Shown: positions 29,143 through 32,000 of the stretch, one piece after another
Layout of the letters: each line of letters starts with the position of its first letter
Numbering within the stretch: the stretch's first letter is position 1
Source: Candidatus Arthromitus sp. SFB-rat-Yit
Lineage (GTDB): Bacteria > Bacillota > Clostridia > Clostridiales > Clostridiaceae
Length of the DNA: 32,000 nucleotides
Assembly: GCF_000283555.1 (NCBI RefSeq)
Contig: NC_016012.1
Location: 90,001 to 122,000, forward strand
Direction: 5' to 3'
Made by a program: the position numbers and the translations under genes
The notes under the pieces: model-generated
The model's input: only the letters and a program-made list of their open reading frames with translations
What the model was told of the DNA's origin: nothing
Databases searched by the model: none

Positions 29143-30105
29143 TGTATTATCTATTAAATTTATAAATTTATCTTTAACAATACAATCTTTAAAATGATTA
29201 TTTAATATGAGGTGTTTATCTTTAATTTCCTTACATATTAGATTAAAAATTTTAAGATGATTGTTAAGCTCTTTTTTCATAGATAGTAGTTCTTCGTTTT
29301 TAAAATCTACGAGAAAATCTTTATCGTGTATTTGAATTCCTGGTATTTTATCATTAAATAATATGTTATTTGAAATTATGCATAAGTTTAAACTTGGGAC
29401 TTTTATGTGATCTATTGAGTTATCTAGAGAGTTTTTATAAATCTCATAACATAGATTTAAATTATTTGATTTGTTTAGTATCTCATCGATTAATAAATTT
29501 TTAAATATAGAGAAGTTGTCATTTAATATAAATAATTTGTTTTCCAGGGAGGGTAATTGACTTGAAAATGATTTAAAACCATTTATCCCACTTGATGAAA
29601 TTAAAAACTCTAAATTAGTTTTGTTATTTTCATATTGTATATTTTTAAATGTATTATTTAATAATTCATCTTTAAAATTTTGAAGTTTATTTATATTCAG
29701 ATATTTTGAGAGGGTTTTGGATATTAGTTTAAACATAGTATATATTTTATTTATCCACTCATTTAGAGTTATTAATAAAATCTCAAAATCTTCTTTTGTT
29801 TTTATTATATTGTAATTTTCCTTGTAATTAACAAATGAGTCTAGTTCAAGTAAATGAGCATCTTTACTTATAAAATTTGAAGTGCTTATCGATACATTTA
29901 AATCGGGAAGAATAATTTTGCATATGTGATTATTTATTAGTTTATCGTATAAATATAATTTTGGTGTTTTAAGATTATAGAGTTTATGGGAAATTATATT
30001 TAGAGATATATTTTTAATGTGATTATTTTTTGATTTTAAGTAAATTTTATTTTCATAATTGTCGCTTAAATTATTCAAGAATGATCTGTTTACATAGAAT
30101 GTCAA
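29122..30105 (-). CDS. Internally duplicated protein of unknown function, 327 aa; possibly a degenerate relative of a two-halved P-loop (PRK06851-like) family
   Basis: ORF with TTG start behind AGAGG. Two similar halves: …NHICKIILPDLNVSISTSN… and …DHIKVPSLNLCIISNN…; no GxxxxGK[ST] in either half. Confidence 0.6.
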   Translation of the reverse strand: MTFYVNRSFLNNLSDNYENKIYLKSKNNHIKNISLNIISHKLYNLKTPKLYLYDKLINNHICKIILPDLNVSISTSNFISKDAHLLELDSFVNYKENYNIIKTKEDFEILLITLNEWINKIYTMFKLISKTLSKYLNINKLQNFKDELLNNTFKNIQYENNKTNLEFLISSSGINGFKSFSSQLPSLENKLFILNDNFSIFKNLLIDEILNKSNNLNLCYEIYKNSLDNSIDHIKVPSLNLCIISNNILFNDKIPGIQIHDKDFLVDFKNEELLSMKKELNNHLKIFNLICKEIKDKHLILNNHFKDCIVKDKFINLIDNTIKNVIL

Positions 30106-30151
30106 GATATGATACCTCTTATAAAATTAATTACAATATTATAATAGTAAA

Positions 30152-30181
30152 TAAAAAAAATAAGGTGTTTTAAACACCTTA
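30152..30181 (-). terminator. Minus-strand terminator overlapping the stop codon of the CDF transporter gene
   Basis: Symmetric TAAGGTGTTTTAAACACCTTA (30161-30181), minus-strand 3' side is TTTTTTTTAT; the stop codon (30179-30181) sits in the stem. Confidence 0.8.
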
Positions 30182-31351
30182 ATTAAATGTATTATTTTTA
30201 AATATTTTGCAATCAAAGTCCTTATATTCATTTAGTACAAGCCGTTTACATTTATCTATGATATCAAAGTCAATTTTATTGTAAAATTCTTTTTTTAATT
30301 TAATTTCAAATAAAATAGTATCTCTTCCATTTTCATTTATTATCCTAAAATCTATAATTCTGCTTATCTCAATTACATTTTCCTTAATAATAGATTTAAC
30401 TTTATCATATATCTCAAGCGTTTTTTTGTTATATATATCTATTGGGTCTATATGTATAACGAGATGTATCATCATACTTTGTTCAATATCTTTCTCTATA
30501 GTATCTATTAGTGAGTGTACATCTACTAGAGTTAAATTAGAGGGTACTTCTGCATGTATGGATGCGATAGTTTTGTTCGGACCATAATTATGGACGATTA
30601 GGTCGTGTAATCCTAAAATATTTTCATAGTTTAATATCTTTTTTTTCAGTTCTTTAACAATCTCATCGCTAGGAGCTTCTCCAAGAAGAGAACTCACGGT
30701 TTCTTTTATGAGTAAAATTCCAGAATAAATTATAAATATCGATATAATAATTCCGGCATATCCGTCTAAGGATATTTTTGTAAAGTTTGACAATATAAGA
30801 GATATGCTTAAAATTGTTGTTGTTAAAGCATCGTAAAATGCATCAACAGATGTTGCCTTAAGTGATTTTGAATTTATTTTTTTAGATATCTTAAGATTTA
30901 TAAAAGCGATCCATATTTTTATAAAAATTGAGATTATTAAAATTATAAATAGAATTATGTTAAAATGTGTATTTTCTTTGCTTACTATCTTTTCGATAGA
31001 TGATTTTATAAAAGTAATTCCAATGAATATTACGAGGAATGAAACTATGAGAGATGATATATATTCATACCTACCATGACCTTGAGGATGCTCTTTATCA
31101 GCAGGTTTCATAGAAAATTTGAATGCTATAAGATTTATTATAGATGATGCAGAATCAGAAAGATTGTTAAATGCATCAGCTGTTATTGAAATACTTTTTA
31201 ATATTAATCCTATGAATAATTTTATTAAAAATAAAATTAAGTTTAAAACTATGCTTATTAAGCTACATAAAAGACCATAAGAAGAACGAACTTTTGGATC
31301 TTTAACATTTTGATAATCTTTTATAAATGTTTTAAATAAGAAGTTTAACAT
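30179..31351 (-). CDS. Cation diffusion facilitator (CDF) family transporter, possibly Mn-type
   Basis: ITADAFNNLSDSASS, KEHPQGHGRYEYISS, SVDAFYDALTT, plus a C-terminal cytoplasmic domain. Track start 31393; the internal ATG at 31351 is preceded by AGGAAGG and gives MLNFLFKTFIKDY…. Confidence 0.92.
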   Translation of the reverse strand: MLNFLFKTFIKDYQNVKDPKVRSSYGLLCSLISIVLNLILFLIKLFIGLILKSISITADAFNNLSDSASSIINLIAFKFSMKPADKEHPQGHGRYEYISSLIVSFLVIFIGITFIKSSIEKIVSKENTHFNIILFIILIISIFIKIWIAFINLKISKKINSKSLKATSVDAFYDALTTTILSISLILSNFTKISLDGYAGIIISIFIIYSGILLIKETVSSLLGEAPSDEIVKELKKKILNYENILGLHDLIVHNYGPNKTIASIHAEVPSNLTLVDVHSLIDTIEKDIEQSMMIHLVIHIDPIDIYNKKTLEIYDKVKSIIKENVIEISRIIDFRIINENGRDTILFEIKLKKEFYNKIDFDIIDKCKRLVLNEYKDFDCKIFKNNTFN

Positions 31352-31422
31352 GTTAGACCTTCCTAAAATTTTATTTATATTAAAGTATAACACTATATAG
31401 ATTTTCCTTAAATAAAAAATTA

Positions 31423-31450
31423 TTGACTAATATTGTTAAGAGAATATAAC
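31423..31450 (+). promoter_or_regulatory. Sigma-A-type promoter for the aspartokinase gene
   Basis: TTGACT - N16 - TATAAC, about 50 nt upstream of the start codon in a divergent intergenic region. Confidence 0.6.
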
Positions 31451-31498
31451 ATTAAATTAAAAATATTTCTGAAGATGTTATTTTAAGGAGTGTATTGT

Positions 31499-32000
31499 GT
31501 GTCTATAGTTGTACAAAAGTATGGGGGAAGTTCCGTAAGTACGATTGAGAAAATTAAAAATATAGCGAAAAGTATAATAAAACGTGTAGAAAGTGGAAAT
31601 AAAGTTGTTGTTGTTGTTTCTGCTATGGGAGATACTACAGATGATTTGTTTTCTATGGCTAAAGAGATTTGTGAAAATCCAAATAAAAGAGAGTTGGATT
31701 CGCTTTTGTCAACTGGGGAGATAGTTTCTAGTTCTCTTTTAAGTATGGCCATAAATTCATTTGGATATGATGCTATAAGCTTAAATTCATTCCAGATACA
31801 GTTGAAAACTTCTGGGTCACATGGTAAATCATTGATTGAAGATATTAATCATGAAAAGATAGTTGAGCATTTAAATCAAGACAAGATAGTTATTATAGCT
31901 GGGTTTCAAGGTGTAAATGATAAAGGGGATGTAACGACTCTTGGACGTGGGGGGTCAGATACGACTGCAGTAGCACTTGCAGCAAAATTGAAATGTGATT
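31499..32000 (+). CDS. Aspartokinase, 5' part only (runs off window end)
   Basis: GTG start after AAGGAG; [23 protein letters not shown]… [15 protein letters not shown] … [17 protein letters not shown] … [33 protein letters not shown]. Confidence 0.93.
   Translation, partial: MSIVVQKYGGSSVSTIEKIKNIAKSIIKRVESGNKVVVVVSAMGDTTDDLFSMAKEICENPNKRELDSLLSTGEIVSSSLLSMAINSFGYDAISLNSFQIQLKTSGSHGKSLIEDINHEKIVEHLNQDKIVIIAGFQGVNDKGDVTTLGRGGSDTTAVALAAKLKCD

Noticed and set aside
29122-30105. Initial idea that this minus-strand gene is sporulation protein YtxC (common near this cluster in Clostridia)
   Set aside because: I could not recognise YtxC-type sequence motifs; the internal repeat pattern fits a two-halved protein better.
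31394-31498. Lysine riboswitch or T-box upstream of aspartokinase
   Set aside because: Apparent leader from the TTGACT/TATAAC promoter to the start is only ~50 nt, too short for either class, and no anti-terminator hairpins seen.
31483-31752. 89-aa minus ORF at the aspartokinase start
   Set aside because: Opposite strand encodes the diagnostic KYGGSSV N-terminus of aspartokinase.
1-32000. CRISPR arrays, tRNA/rRNA genes, IS elements, prophage, retrons, toxin-antitoxin or restriction modules
   Set aside because: Looked for repeated spacers, tRNA-like cloverleaf/TTCRANY boxes, transposase/integrase/RT motifs; none apparent by eye. A tRNAscan-SE, Infernal and DefenseFinder run would be needed to exclude these formally.

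Overview
This window is AT-rich and mostly ordinary chromosomal housekeeping DNA, Firmicutes/Clostridia-like. The gene order and small-genome style suggest a segmented-filamentous-bacterium or Clostridium relative, but that is inference only. A collinear + strand block reads uvrB - uvrA - FtsW/RodA-type flippase - class B PBP - uvrC - murB - rapZ - yvcK - whiA - mutarotase-like/DUF4380-like protein, and ends in a strong terminator. It is followed by monocistronic asnB, then dnaE - pfkA - pyk, an RlmD-type 23S rRNA uracil methyltransferase, and a less ordinary interval at about 24.1-27.0 kb. That interval holds a small Pro/Gly/Asn/Ser-rich predicted secreted protein, a 487-aa acidic protein of unknown function, and a signal peptidase I with an unusually acidic cytoplasmic N-terminal extension. 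After it come a HelD-like helicase (+), an internally duplicated protein of unknown function (-), a CDF cation transporter (-), and the 5' part of an aspartokinase (+) running off the window end. I see no tRNA, rRNA, CRISPR array, transposon, phage genes, or obvious defence system. The most distinctive signals are: (1) a perfect 16-bp inverted repeat whose 6-nt loop contains both overlapping stop codons of convergent genes; (2) a protein with two similar halves resembling a two-halved P-loop ATPase family but without recognisable P-loops; (3) the secreted-protein / acidic-protein / acidic-tailed LepB neighbourhood. No strong evidence for a new multi-gene system was found.
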